Below, one piece after another: positions 1 through 9,045 of a stretch of 64,000 bases of DNA (the first letter of the stretch is position 1; every line of letters begins with the position of its first letter). The position numbers and the translations under genes were made by a program. Source of the stretch: a virus. Its lineage: Duplodnaviria > Caudoviricetes. The notes under the pieces were generated by a model that saw only the letters and a program-made list of their open reading frames with translations, searched no databases and was not told where the DNA came from. The stretch covers positions 2,147-66,146 of IMG/VR virus record IMGVR_UViG_3300049215_000063, one strand, 5' to 3'.

Positions 1-199
1 AATCTAAAATGATCTCACGGCGACTGCGGAACTCAGCAATGGCTTTCCCTTCCTCCACATCAAATACATAGTCCGTGACACCCGCGAATTGCATGGCGTA
101 ATCCCAGACCATATCCATCAGCGCCGCCTTGGAAAGCTTCTCGATCTCGGCCCGATGTTCGTCCGGGACATAAACCGGGGGCTGGTTTTTGAGGTTCAT
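1..199 (-). CDS. hypothetical early protein, runs off window start
   Basis: Read manually: ATG at 199, MNLKNQPPVYVPDEHRAEIEKLSKAALMDMVWDYAMQF..., open to position 1; abuts ORF 205-456. Confidence 0.6.
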   Translation of the reverse strand, partial: MNLKNQPPVYVPDEHRAEIEKLSKAALMDMVWDYAMQFAGVTDYVFDVEEGKAIAEFRSRREIILD

Positions 200-204
200 G
201 ATCC

Positions 205-456
205 TCACTCCGGATAAGCTTCATCGAACGCACATCCGAGGATCACGTCGCCCGGAACCAAATCGCGCTCGTAACCGTCCCGCACCGTGAACCGCAGCGC
301 CCGAACCTCCGCTTCGTCGGCGTCGTCGCCCTCGGCTACGGCATAGAGGTAACGGGCACAGAGGTTGCGCAGCGCCTTGGGGCTCAGGCGATCGATGGCG
401 CTGTCGGGGCTCGAGATGTGCCGGCGGGGATCGGTGTAGGTCGTGGGGGTGTTCAT
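205..456 (-). CDS. hypothetical early protein
   Basis: 83-aa ORF tightly packed in the leftward operon. Confidence 0.6.
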   Translation of the reverse strand: MNTPTTYTDPRRHISSPDSAIDRLSPKALRNLCARYLYAVAEGDDADEAEVRALRFTVRDGYERDLVPGDVILGCAFDEAYPE

Positions 457-459
457 GGC

Positions 460-744
460 TTAGGCCTCCGCCTTCTGCAGGCGATCCATCACGGCCTCGA
501 CCGCATCCTTGGATTCCTTCAGGCCATAGCCAGTCAGGGTACGATAGAGCTTGATCGCGTCGATCTTGCGCGTCGTCACCATCGCTTCCAGCAGGAGAAC
601 AACATCTCTGCCGTTCGGTAGGGGCGCCGAGGTCGCAAACCGCGCCAGTTCGGCTTCAGCCTTTTGGGCATGTACCTTCGCAGCTGCGGTTTCCTGGATC
701 GCATTAGTAAGGTGTTTTAAGACGATTTCGAATTCGGCTGACAT
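460..744 (-). CDS. ribosomal protein bL12 (L7/L12) C-terminal-domain-like protein
   Basis: KIDAIKLYRTLTGYGLKESKDAVE matches the bL12 CTD motif KIxVIKxVRxxTGLGLKEAKDLVE; start taken at ATG 744 behind GGGGAG and downstream of the promoter. Confidence 0.7.
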   Translation of the reverse strand: MSAEFEIVLKHLTNAIQETAAAKVHAQKAEAELARFATSAPLPNGRDVVLLLEAMVTTRKIDAIKLYRTLTGYGLKESKDAVEAVMDRLQKAEA

Positions 745-779
745 CGCTCGTAACTCCCCCGTGTCTCTTGATGGGGAGT

Positions 780-809
780 AATATAGTTCGCGATTTGCGA
801 ACTTGTCAA
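780..809 (-). promoter_or_regulatory. leftward sigma70 promoter (PL-like) with operator in the spacer
   Basis: Minus strand TTGACA-18 nt-TATATT; spacer is the palindrome AGTTCGC-N5-GCGAACT (785-803). Confidence 0.75.
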
Positions 810-1026
810 CCATGAAATTCACAAAATGCGAACGGCGTCAGTCGCGAGACTGTGGATAAGTTCTAGCTTGCGGGTTTATCGAGGCGAATTCCAACGCCTC
901 TCGGGTAGCAATAAGCCGTTTTGCCTGGGCATCGAGCGCGGCTGACATGCCGGGTAGCAAATCAAGATTTTGGGTAAAAGTCGTTTCGCGTGTTGCGAAC
1001 GCTTGACCTGTTCGCGATCTGCGAAC
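785..1026. promoter_or_regulatory. four operator sites TTC(G/A)C-N5-GCGAA, two per promoter
   Basis: Copies at 787-801, 818-832, 985-999, 1011-1025. Confidence 0.75.
838..948 (-). pseudogene. truncated CI-like repressor remnant
   Basis: 36-aa MSAALDAQAKRLIATREALEF... in the cI position between divergent promoters; resembles the first helix of an XRE HTH, rest absent. Confidence 0.5.
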
Positions 1027-1032
1027 TATAGT
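1003..1032 (+). promoter_or_regulatory. rightward sigma70 promoter (PR-like) with operator in the spacer
   Basis: TTGACC-18 nt-TATAGT with GTTCGCGATCTGCGAAC in the spacer, directly before the Cro-like gene. Confidence 0.75.
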
Positions 1033-1039
1033 GGGGGCT

Positions 1040-1270
1040 ATGGCAGTGACCGTTGATTCTGCAATCGATGACCTTGGAGGAACCGGCGCGGTGTCCGCAT
1101 GGCTCGGACTTCCGAAGTCAACCGTCAGCACGTGGCGCTCACGCGGCTTTATTCCGGCCAAGCGCTGGCCGGATTTCGTACGCATGGCCGCCGCCAACGG
1201 TTGCGACCACATTACGTTCGAAGCTCTTGCGAGTTTGCCTCCGGTTGCGACGGAGGCCGCATGTCCCTGA
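1040..1270 (+). CDS. Cro-like HTH regulator
   Basis: IDDLGGTGAVSAWLGLPKSTVSTWRSRGFIP is a typical Cro/YdaS-like HTH; first gene after PR. Confidence 0.8.
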   Translation: MAVTVDSAIDDLGGTGAVSAWLGLPKSTVSTWRSRGFIPAKRWPDFVRMAAANGCDHITFEALASLPPVATEAACP

Positions 1271-1281
1271 AAACGCAGAAT

Positions 1282-1357
1282 GCCGCCGTAGCTCAGTCGG
1301 TAGAGCAGCCGCTTTGTAAGCGGACGGTCAGGGGTTCGAGTCCTTTCGGCGGCACCA
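1282..1357 (+). tRNA. trnT: tRNA-Thr(UGU)
   Basis: 76-nt cloverleaf: GCCGCCG/CGGCGGC acceptor, D arm GCTC/GAGC, anticodon loop TTTGTAA, TTCGAGT T loop, encoded CCA. Confidence 0.92.
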
Positions 1358-1403
1358 TTGATCTTGCGGAAAGCCCTTCCGCTCGCTTCTCAGGGCAGCA
1401 CGC

Positions 1404-1664
1404 ATGACCCTCAGCCCCCGCGACGCCCTTGCTGACGCCCTTTCATGCTTCACCCGCGCCCAAGCTGGCGCCATCGCCAAAAAAGCCGGCGTGACCGTCC
1501 GCCAGGCCGCCAACGCGATCTGCGGACGTCCGGTCGAGACGATCTCATATCTGCGGATATGCACCGCATTGGAATTCGATCCATTGCCGGAGATTCCGCA
1601 TCCGCTATTGGGTGAGCCATCGGATTTCATCTTCGGACTGTCGGTGGGGCGCTGCCCATGGTGA
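1404..1664 (+). CDS. HTH protein, probable 5' half of a split two-HTH gene
   Basis: AIAKKAGVTVRQAANAICGRPV..SYLRICTAL HTH pattern. Confidence 0.55.
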   Translation: MTLSPRDALADALSCFTRAQAGAIAKKAGVTVRQAANAICGRPVETISYLRICTALEFDPLPEIPHPLLGEPSDFIFGLSVGRCPW

Positions 1665-1747
1665 CACGGCAGGGGGCGAGAGGCCACCAATTTAGGGAGT
1701 GCAACTCTCCCGACCGCAGCCAAAGTTAGAGAAATAGGAGCGACCCA

Positions 1748-2125
1748 ATGACGGAAGTAAAATTCTCTGACCTACAAGGCAAGTCACTCAAGAGCATCAA
1801 GGTCAGCGACGACAAAGAGCGCGTCGAGATTGAATGCGATGACGGCAAAAAGTTTGTCATGCTGCACCATCAAGATTGCTGCGAGAGCGTTGCCGTCGAG
1901 GACGTGATTGGCGACCTCGCGGACCTAATCGGCACGCCTATCTTGCTGGCCGAGGAAGCCGTCAGCGACAAAGAGCCGGAAGGCTTCAAACACGAATATC
2001 AGCCCGAAAGCCAAACGTGGACGTTCTACAAGCTGCGAACGATCAAGGGCAGCGTGGACATTCGTTGGTTCGGTTCGTCGAATGGCCACTACAGCGAGAG
2101 CGTTTATTTCGAGGAGGCCGCATAA
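1748..2125 (+). CDS. conserved phage hypothetical protein (HQDCCESV family)
   Basis: AGGAG SD; HHQDCCESV..EDVIGDL..SQTWTFYKL..SNGHYSE motifs seen in many phage proteins. Confidence 0.8.
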   Translation: MTEVKFSDLQGKSLKSIKVSDDKERVEIECDDGKKFVMLHHQDCCESVAVEDVIGDLADLIGTPILLAEEAVSDKEPEGFKHEYQPESQTWTFYKLRTIKGSVDIRWFGSSNGHYSESVYFEEAA

Positions 2126-2403
2126 TGGGCCACCGTATCGATCCATACCAGCTTCGCGCCCGCGAACTAGCCGTAGCCTTCGCAATTCGGCGTCGTCTCC
2201 AAAATCTGACGCATCGGAATGCGGGCCAAGCCATCGCATCAGCAGCCGCGACGGTCGTGCGGATCGAGCGCGGCGATGTCATGTCGATCGGCGTTGTGTT
2301 GCGTGCCTGCCGGTGGCTGGACATGCATCCGTATGGATACTGCACTCCCTGCCTCCCCAAAGTTTCACGGGAAACGCGCACTGAAACAGCGGTAGTGCAA
2401 TGA
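2125..2403 (+). CDS. HTH protein, probable 3' half of the split gene
   Basis: IRRRLQNLTHRNAGQAIASAAATVVRIERG..SIGVVLRACRWL XRE-like HTH. Confidence 0.55.
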   Translation: MGHRIDPYQLRARELAVAFAIRRRLQNLTHRNAGQAIASAAATVVRIERGDVMSIGVVLRACRWLDMHPYGYCTPCLPKVSRETRTETAVVQ

Positions 2404-2695
2404 CTTACCGCTATATGCCACCCGAAGAAAACGACCGGGTGACCGATGCTGAGCCCGTGCCCGCACAACCGTGAATGACACCAACTAAACAAACATCAGT
2501 CAGTGTCCCAAAAGCGTCCCGTAAGTCAGTTCCCCCGCCCGTAGCGTCTTTTTGTTGCGTTTGCGTCCGGTTAACGGTCCCTAACCGAACGAGCGCCACC
2601 ATGATTCACTTCCTGATCGGCTTCGCCGCCATATCGACCGGCCTCATGCTCGGGCTTGTGATCTATGCCGTCGCCAAGCTCGCGGAGCCGCTGTC

Positions 2696-2977
2696 ATGAG
2701 CCTGGCGCGGGTGTTTCCTCGTTTCGACAATCTCGATGCCGCGGTCGTCGAGTGCCTGCGGTCGCGCGCGACGCAGTCGGATCTCTACAGGTGGAGCAAG
2801 AAAGCCCGCAGTCTTTGCGTGGGCTACGGGATGGTCGGCACCATCTGTTTCGTTGCCGCCGCGCTTATCCCCGCCATCGCGCCAGTCTGCGCTCTCATCG
2901 GCATCTGTGTGAGCTTCCGTCTGCTCAATCGCGCCCGCATGGCGATCCTGCTCTATGAGGCGGCGGGGATTCCATGA
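2696..2977 (+). CDS. hypothetical membrane protein
   Basis: Two hydrophobic segments; ATGA coupling with neighbours. Confidence 0.55.
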   Translation: MSLARVFPRFDNLDAAVVECLRSRATQSDLYRWSKKARSLCVGYGMVGTICFVAAALIPAIAPVCALIGICVSFRLLNRARMAILLYEAAGIP

Positions 2978-3303
2978 CCCGCGACACCCTCGACATGTTC
3001 CAACAGCCCGACCGCGGCCGCTTCGGCGATAACGAAACGCAGCCTCGTCCCGGCAATGGACCGAAGGTGACCGGATCGTCCCGTCTCGTCGATCTCGATA
3101 TGGTGCGCCACAACGACGTGATCATGCCGGCGTCGATTCTCTGTTCGCTTGAGGGATCGAGAACCAAAGCCGTCGTGCTGCCGAATTCTCAGATCGAAGT
3201 CGTGGCGACCGGCCCGGTCGAACGCAAGGCGCGGAGTTGCTTCGATCAGAATGTGCGGGTGACGCTGCCGCGTTGGCTGGCGGAGAAGAAGGGATTGGTG
3301 TGA
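2974..3303 (+). CDS. hypothetical phage protein
   Basis: LPxSQIEV...VTLPRWLAEKKGLV motif; coupled start. Confidence 0.7.
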   Translation: MTRDTLDMFQQPDRGRFGDNETQPRPGNGPKVTGSSRLVDLDMVRHNDVIMPASILCSLEGSRTKAVVLPNSQIEVVATGPVERKARSCFDQNVRVTLPRWLAEKKGLV

Positions 3304-3306
3304 GCC

Positions 3307-3587
3307 ATGGCAAGGAGACGCAGCGGATACATTCTGATCGACGTTGAGGATGTCTTAAACGCGAACTGGACGACGATGATCTGTTGGATGAGTGCCAAAG
3401 CAGGAGGCTGATGCCCAGCGGTTATGGCGAGATTTGTGATCTCGATATTGTGCGTGAAGCATACGACGCCTTGCAACGGAACGCGATGTATGAGGCGCGT
3501 GCAATCCTTGACCGGCTGCTGTTTCCGAAATGGAAGTCGCTATCCAAATGCAGCGACGACTATCAGCTTACGCTAAAGAGCAAATAA
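3307..3587 (+). pseudogene. hypothetical protein with apparent frameshift near 3361
   Basis: MARRRSGYILIDVEDVLN continues sensibly as ELDDDDLLDECQSR only after a frame change. Confidence 0.45.
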
Positions 3588-3591
3588 CCGC

Positions 3592-4992
3592 ATGACCCCA
3601 ACCCTCACCCAAATTGCCGAACTCGCGGCCGAAGGCAAAGGCGACCGCGTCATTGCGCGGGAGCTTGGAATCACCCGGCATCAGGCGCGCGCTTGGTTGC
3701 AGCAAGTGAAGGTGGAGCAAGCCGCATCATCGTCCACGGCGATGGTGCCATCTACCCCAAAGGGTGGTTCGCTCGCAGCCTATGACGAAGCGTGCCGCGC
3801 GCTGGACGCGGCCGTAAAGGCCGACGAAGTCATGAAAATCCGGGTCGAGGCGAAGGCCATCGAAGCGGTGGCGCGGGTGGCCAAAAATATCGACCTTGAA
3901 GTCAACGCCGCCAAGCTACGTATCCGCGCGGAAGCCAAGCTCGGCATGATGCTGGCGAAAATCCAAGACGATGGGCTTTTGCGTCCGGGGCGGCCGAGGG
4001 CCGAAAATGGTTCGGCCGAGGAACCATTATCGCGGGTGCATCTCGCGGAAATCGGCGTGGACAAGAAGCTGTCGTCCGGCGCTCAAAAGCTCAACGCGCT
4101 GGGCAAAGAACGTCTTGCCGCCACGCTCGAGACATTCGAAATGGAAAGCAAAAAGCGTGGCCGTCTCGCTAACGACGTGATCCTATCGGCGACCGCGACC
4201 CGCAACGCCGAATCCCGCCGCCAACTCGCGCAAGAACTTTCGGACGCCAGCGCGCTCTCTGCGACAGGCCGCAAATTCCCCGTTGTTTATGCCGATCCGG
4301 CATGGCGCCGCAAAGCCGGCATCGGCGACCGCGCCTATGAGAATCACTACACAACGCAAGCGTGGGATGAAATTCTCTCGATGCCGGTCAAGGATCGGGT
4401 GCTGCCCGATGCGCAGTTGTATCTCTGGATTCCCCGCGCGCACCTACTCGCGCTGCATCCGACCGAAATCGATACCCCGCTGGGACGAACGAAAGTCAAG
4501 CTGCCGCTCGCCTATGCCGTAGCGCAAGCGTGGGGCTTCGATGCCTATTCGACCTGTTTTGTCTGGACCAAGACGGACGAGGAAAACCCGGACGTTCATA
4601 GCCTCGGCTTGATGGTCTGGGACCAGGACGAACTTCTCTTACTGTTCAAACGCGGCAAGGGGCTGCCGAAGCCGGATACCGACGTAAAATTCGGATCGAA
4701 TCATCGTGAGCGCGCCGGACGGCATTCGGAAAAACCCGCGTTTTATCGCGACATGATCAACGCCATGACCGGCGGCGTTCCCGTGCTGGAACTATTTGCG
4801 CGCGAGGACGCGGAGCATCCGTTGCCGGCAAATTTCTTCACCTGGGGCGCTCAATCGACCAACTCAGCCGAACAACCCGACCCCGCGCCATCCCTCCCCG
4901 TGACGACACGGTTCCCTGGCGCGGACACTGCGCCCGCATTTGCATCTGAAAGCGATGCGGGCGCTCTTTCTTTTGACGAGGCGGCGGAATGA
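3592..4992 (+). CDS. MT-A70 family adenine methyltransferase with N-terminal HTH/helical domains
   Basis: FPVVYADPAW, HYTT, LYLW, AWGF..FVWTK, HSEKP, LELFAR motifs. Confidence 0.85.
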   Translation: MTPTLTQIAELAAEGKGDRVIARELGITRHQARAWLQQVKVEQAASSSTAMVPSTPKGGSLAAYDEACRALDAAVKADEVMKIRVEAKAIEAVARVAKNIDLEVNAAKLRIRAEAKLGMMLAKIQDDGLLRPGRPRAENGSAEEPLSRVHLAEIGVDKKLSSGAQKLNALGKERLAATLETFEMESKKRGRLANDVILSATATRNAESRRQLAQELSDASALSATGRKFPVVYADPAWRRKAGIGDRAYENHYTTQAWDEILSMPVKDRVLPDAQLYLWIPRAHLLALHPTEIDTPLGRTKVKLPLAYAVAQAWGFDAYSTCFVWTKTDEENPDVHSLGLMVWDQDELLLLFKRGKGLPKPDTDVKFGSNHRERAGRHSEKPAFYRDMINAMTGGVPVLELFAREDAEHPLPANFFTWGAQSTNSAEQPDPAPSLPVTTRFPGADTAPAFASESDAGALSFDEAAE

Positions 4993-5441
4993 AGAAGTGG
5001 TGGCATTGCATCGCTGAATCGCGCGAACCCGATCTGATCATCGGCGGCGCCGATAACCCCTATTTGAAGCGCTGGTATCTGATCCCGCGCAATCCGCTGT
5101 TCAACGCCTATCTGCACCGCTTTCTGCGCAGCGATGACGATCGTGCGCTGCACGACCATCCCTGGATCAACATCTCGATTTTATTGGAGGGTGAATATAC
5201 CGAGCACACCATCAGCGCCGGCGGCATCAATCTGCGCGCCGTGCGCAAAGCCGGCGATCATAAATTTCGTTCGCCATGGGCTGCGCATCGCATCGAACTG
5301 CACGCCGGCCCGTGCTGGACGTTGTTTTTGACCGGGCCGCGAATCAGAACGTGGGGCTTTCACTGCCCGAACGGATGGCGGCGCTGGCAGGATTTTACGG
5401 CGGGCGCGAGAGGCGAAACAGTTGGGCGAGGATGTGAGTGA
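4989..5441 (+). CDS. cupin-like phage protein
   Basis: YLHRFLRSDDDRALHDHPW..GEYTE..HRIEL..WTLFLTGPR..WGF. Confidence 0.75.
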   Translation: MKKWWHCIAESREPDLIIGGADNPYLKRWYLIPRNPLFNAYLHRFLRSDDDRALHDHPWINISILLEGEYTEHTISAGGINLRAVRKAGDHKFRSPWAAHRIELHAGPCWTLFLTGPRIRTWGFHCPNGWRRWQDFTAGARGETVGRGCE

Positions 5442-5542
5442 TGACCGAAGCCGGGTGCTGTCCTAAGTGGCCACTTTTCCGACCAGGTGTCCTAAGTGTC
5501 TGGGGCCGGCCTCCTAAGTGGCCTTGCCTAAAGACTCGGCAA

Positions 5543-6480
5543 TCATGGCGCTTGGCGGCTTTCCTTGCGGCAGTAGTTGTGTGTCTCGCCGCCGGCCAAC
5601 AGCCACTTTTCGCTGAACTTGTCGAATATGAAGCAAAAGCCGAGCCTGTAAACCTCATTAAAGATCGTCAAATACCGAATGAAGCCATAGAAAAAGATCG
5701 CTTTCGTTTGAAGGGGCAAGGAGTCGGTAATCAGAGCATTCGCCATGGCCCCGAACACGGTATTGGTAAACTCTTGGGATTCGCCGCTCGGCGGCGCGAT
5801 GACTCCATATGGCATCTGATTTCGCGTGGCGGATTGTGGATTGGCTTCGGGTGGCAACCCTGCGTTTATGTCGAGCAACGCGAATCTATCAGCCAATTCG
5901 ATAAGGCGCGCTGGCGTGCGACCATAATTGACGACACAAAAACGAATGATTTGGAAGTCATGGCCCATCTTGCCGTAAGAGCGGGTGATGCCGGTATCGA
6001 TTATTTTGATAGAAAGGAAAGGGGTTTCCAATTCAGTGAGCGCGCGCTCGGCGATGTCAGCAGATTTGTTTGCGGCATCGGCAGCACGGCTAGCGGCAGC
6101 AATGGAAGCCTTCATATCGCGGGACTGCTCGGCAGCGGCCTCGCGCAAGCCGGCAGTTTCAGTGAACAATCCGGCAGTAGCCTTATACAAACGGCGGGTG
6201 AAAATGACCAAAGCAAGCGTGAATGCGGCGAGAAGCCAATCCGTGAGTTTGGCGGACCAAAATTCGCCGCCGTTTTTCTCACTATTTCCGTGCTGCTCAT
6301 CGGTGGGGTTCTTTTCGGGGAGCGATTGGAGCGCCGTGGCCTTACTTGCGGCTCTGTTCTGGCTAGGTGGTCTATTTTGATCGGCAGCGTGAGTTTGCTG
6401 ACGCTGATATTTTTCGGTCAATATTGGATGCAGAACTTCGCTTGTGCCCTTGGCGATCGATGCCGCTGCGTTTCGGAACA
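5543..6480 (-). CDS. counter-oriented accessory membrane protein (start uncertain, possibly 5'-truncated)
   Basis: Long minus-strand ORF with TM helix WLLAAFTLALVIFT plus coiled coil, lower GC, inserted in the rightward operon. Confidence 0.5.
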
Positions 6481-6501
6481 GCGTCAGTGTCCGGAGTGGA
6501 A

Positions 6502-7443
6502 ATGATGGGCGCAACCTCAGACATCGAATGGACCAACGCGACGTGGACGCCGATCCGCGCCCGCAATCTAAAAACCGGCAAGGTCGGCTGGCACTGCGAG
6601 CACGCAAGCGATGGCTGCAAGTTCTGCTACGCGGAGGCTATGAACAAACGGCTCGGCACCGGACTTCCGTTCAAGCCGGGGCATCGCAAGGACATCGAGA
6701 TATTCCTGGACACGGAGATGCTCACCGCGCCGCTGCGCTGGAAAAAGCCGCGCATGGTGTTTTGCTGCAGCATGACCGACCTCTTCGCGGACTTCGTCAA
6801 AGACGAGTGGATCAACAATATCCTCGCCGTTATGGCGCTCTGTCCACAGCATACGTTCCAGGTGCTGACGAAGCGGCCGGAACGGATGAAAGAGTATTTT
6901 TCTGTTGCATCGTCCAACGTCTGGCTCGGCACCTCCGTCGAGCGCCAGCAGGAAGCAGACGAACGCATTCCGTTGCTGATGCAGACGCCCGCGGCGGTGC
7001 GGTTTATTTCGGCCGAGCCGTTGCTGGGGCCGATTGATCTTGGTCACCATTTGGGCTCGACGGCAAACCACGAGGACCTGCGCGGATTATTGAATTGGCT
7101 CATCGTCGGCGGTGAGAGCGGCCCGCATGCGCGCCCGATGCATCCGCAGTGGGCGCGCGATCTCCGTGACCAATGCGCTGCGACAGGCGTCCCATTTTTT
7201 TTCAAGCAATGGGGCGGATTCCGCGAGTGTGAGCGCCGCGGTGAGTACTACGCCATTGCGATCAATCGGCACCCGATGGTCGTTCGCCCCGATGGCCAGT
7301 CGTTCCCGTATGCAAGCAATTGGGACGGTAACGACCGCGATGGAACGGCGGCGATGGAACGCATCAGCAAACACGCCGCCGGCCGTCTGCTCGATGGCGT
7401 CGAGCACAACGGCATGCCCAAAGTGGCGAGCGCAAAGCAATGA
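6502..7443 (+). CDS. phage Gp37/Gp68 (DUF5131) radical-SAM-like protein
   Basis: SDIEWT..TWTP, CEHASDGCKFCYAE, SMTDLF, FQVLTKRP, SAEPLLG, VGGESG, FFFKQWG. Confidence 0.9.
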   Translation: MMGATSDIEWTNATWTPIRARNLKTGKVGWHCEHASDGCKFCYAEAMNKRLGTGLPFKPGHRKDIEIFLDTEMLTAPLRWKKPRMVFCCSMTDLFADFVKDEWINNILAVMALCPQHTFQVLTKRPERMKEYFSVASSNVWLGTSVERQQEADERIPLLMQTPAAVRFISAEPLLGPIDLGHHLGSTANHEDLRGLLNWLIVGGESGPHARPMHPQWARDLRDQCAATGVPFFFKQWGGFRECERRGEYYAIAINRHPMVVRPDGQSFPYASNWDGNDRDGTAAMERISKHAAGRLLDGVEHNGMPKVASAKQ

Positions 7444-7622
7444 CTTCCGCCATCGCCCCATCCCAACACCCCAAGATCGACGCGGAGGAAGCCTTGCAGC
7501 TGGCGCTTGAACTCGCCGAAGGCCAGCCAAACGCGACGCCGGCGGTCAAGGCCAAGCTCGGCATCATGGCGATCAGACAATCGGGCTGGAAAATCGTTCC
7601 TGATAACGTAGGGGAGGGGTGA
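7440..7622 (+). CDS. hypothetical protein
   Basis: Short ORF coupled by ATGA overlap. Confidence 0.5.
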   Translation: MTSAIAPSQHPKIDAEEALQLALELAEGQPNATPAVKAKLGIMAIRQSGWKIVPDNVGEG

Positions 7623-7625
7623 GGA

Positions 7626-8129
7626 ATGCGCGACCTCTGGAGGCCGGCGGAATGCAAGATCGCCGCGAATCTCTATCGCACGATCGAGCCGGGCCATGGC
7701 GCTCACATGCGCATGTTGGAACAGATAGCCGCACGGCTCGGGCGCCCCGTCGATGGCGTCAACACGCGCTTTCGGCGGCGAGGTCCGACGTTCGAGGGGC
7801 CACGACAATCCGGCGGCTACACGGTCAACCGGGATTACCGAGGGTCGGCGCCGACGCACGTCAACCTTGACCGGCGCTGCGCCAAGCCGGAGGCCTGCAG
7901 GGTAACGGTCAATCATGATCTTTGCGCGTCGTGCCGGCGCGCGGCGCTATACCGGGCAAGCCGGCGCCACGCGATGGTGCGGCGCATGCGGGAGCGCGGC
8001 ATCGTCATCGATATCACCGTGAGCCAGCAGCCGGTCGGATTGTTCTCCGCACCCATCAAGGAGATTGCGCCGCAGGATCGATATTTGATCGATCGTTTTT
8101 TGCAACAACGCGAGCTGGCGGGACAGTAA
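7626..8129 (+). CDS. hypothetical protein with N-terminal HTH-like segment
   Basis: GAGG SD; EQIAARLGRPVDGV. Confidence 0.55.
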   Translation: MRDLWRPAECKIAANLYRTIEPGHGAHMRMLEQIAARLGRPVDGVNTRFRRRGPTFEGPRQSGGYTVNRDYRGSAPTHVNLDRRCAKPEACRVTVNHDLCASCRRAALYRASRRHAMVRRMRERGIVIDITVSQQPVGLFSAPIKEIAPQDRYLIDRFLQQRELAGQ

Positions 8130-8132
8130 CCG

Positions 8133-8378
8133 ATGCCCAGCCACAAATGGGACCACGACAAAGCGCGCTTCATCGCCGCCCATGAATCCCCGGACGGTAA
8201 CGGTCGCCACGAACGGACCTGCATCGTCTGTCAAATGACGAAAATCACCATCATTCCGCCGCGCGGGCTCGGGGGATTCCCCTGGCACCAATGGCGCACC
8301 AAGGACGGCGATATCTGGACCGGGGAAGCGACGCCGCCGTGTCTGGTGGCGAAGCCGGTGGAAGTGAGGGCGGCGTGA
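8133..8378 (+). CDS. hypothetical protein (possible zinc ribbon)
   Basis: HKW..CIVC..PPC; packed in operon. Confidence 0.55.
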   Translation: MPSHKWDHDKARFIAAHESPDGNGRHERTCIVCQMTKITIIPPRGLGGFPWHQWRTKDGDIWTGEATPPCLVAKPVEVRAA

Positions 8379-9045
8379 GCGGACTACTTTCGCCGTTTCC
8401 TTATTTCGGGGGTAAGCGGTCAATCGCGGTCGACGTTTGGATGAGGCTCGGCAACCCGACACAGTATATCGAACCATTTTGCGGCTCTGCGGCGGTTCTT
8501 CTTGCAGCGCCGCGTCCGGCATCACTTGAAGTCATCGGCGATGGCTCAGGCTTCATCGCCAACTTCTGGCGGGCAACCAAACATCAATCGGCTGTTGTAG
8601 CGGAATGGGCCGATTATCCGGTTTCTCATATCGACCTAGGCGCGCGGCATGTTTGGTTGATGGCGCAGCGGACGCGGATCGGCGACGCGATGCAAGACCC
8701 GGATTGGCCTGGCGATGCCAAAGTCGCAGGCTGGTGGCTTTGGGGGCAATGCTGCTGGATCGGCTCGGGGTGGTGCGATTGGTTCGGCAAAATCCCCCAT
8801 GCCAGTGACGCCGGGATGGGCGTACAGGCCATCGGCAAAATCCCCCATATCAGTGACGCCGGGTTGGGCGTACAGGCCATCGGCAAAATCCCCCATGCCG
8901 GTAATGCCGGGATGGGCGTACAGGCCATCGGCCAAATACCCCATGCCGGTAATGCCGGGATGGGCGACGGCGAATTGCTGACTTCCTGTGGCCGCACAGC
9001 AATGGCTTGGCTGCGAAAGATCGCTAACCGGTTAGAGCGTGTATT
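8375..9045 (+). pseudogene. D12-class DNA adenine methyltransferase, C-terminal half missing, in frame with the downstream cytosine methyltransferase
   Basis: PFPYFGGK and YIEPFCGSAAV present; similarity stops after RLERV and no DPPY follows. Confidence 0.7.
8786..8966 (+). repeat. 48-bp coding tandem repeat, ~3.75 copies (GKIPHASDAGMGVQAI)
   Basis: Units start at 8786, 8834, 8882, 8930. Confidence 0.9.

Noticed and set aside
851-859. Perfect DnaA box (TTATCCACA on minus strand)
   Set aside because: Single copy; the origin is better explained by iterons at 10903-11016
1282-1357. tRNA as prophage attachment site
   Set aside because: Internal to the early operon, no duplicated 3' end seen and no integrase or host genes nearby
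5438-6505. 355-aa plus-strand ORF
   Set aside because: Fully overlaps the minus-strand membrane-protein ORF, which has more protein-like features; not fully excluded because it abuts both neighbours
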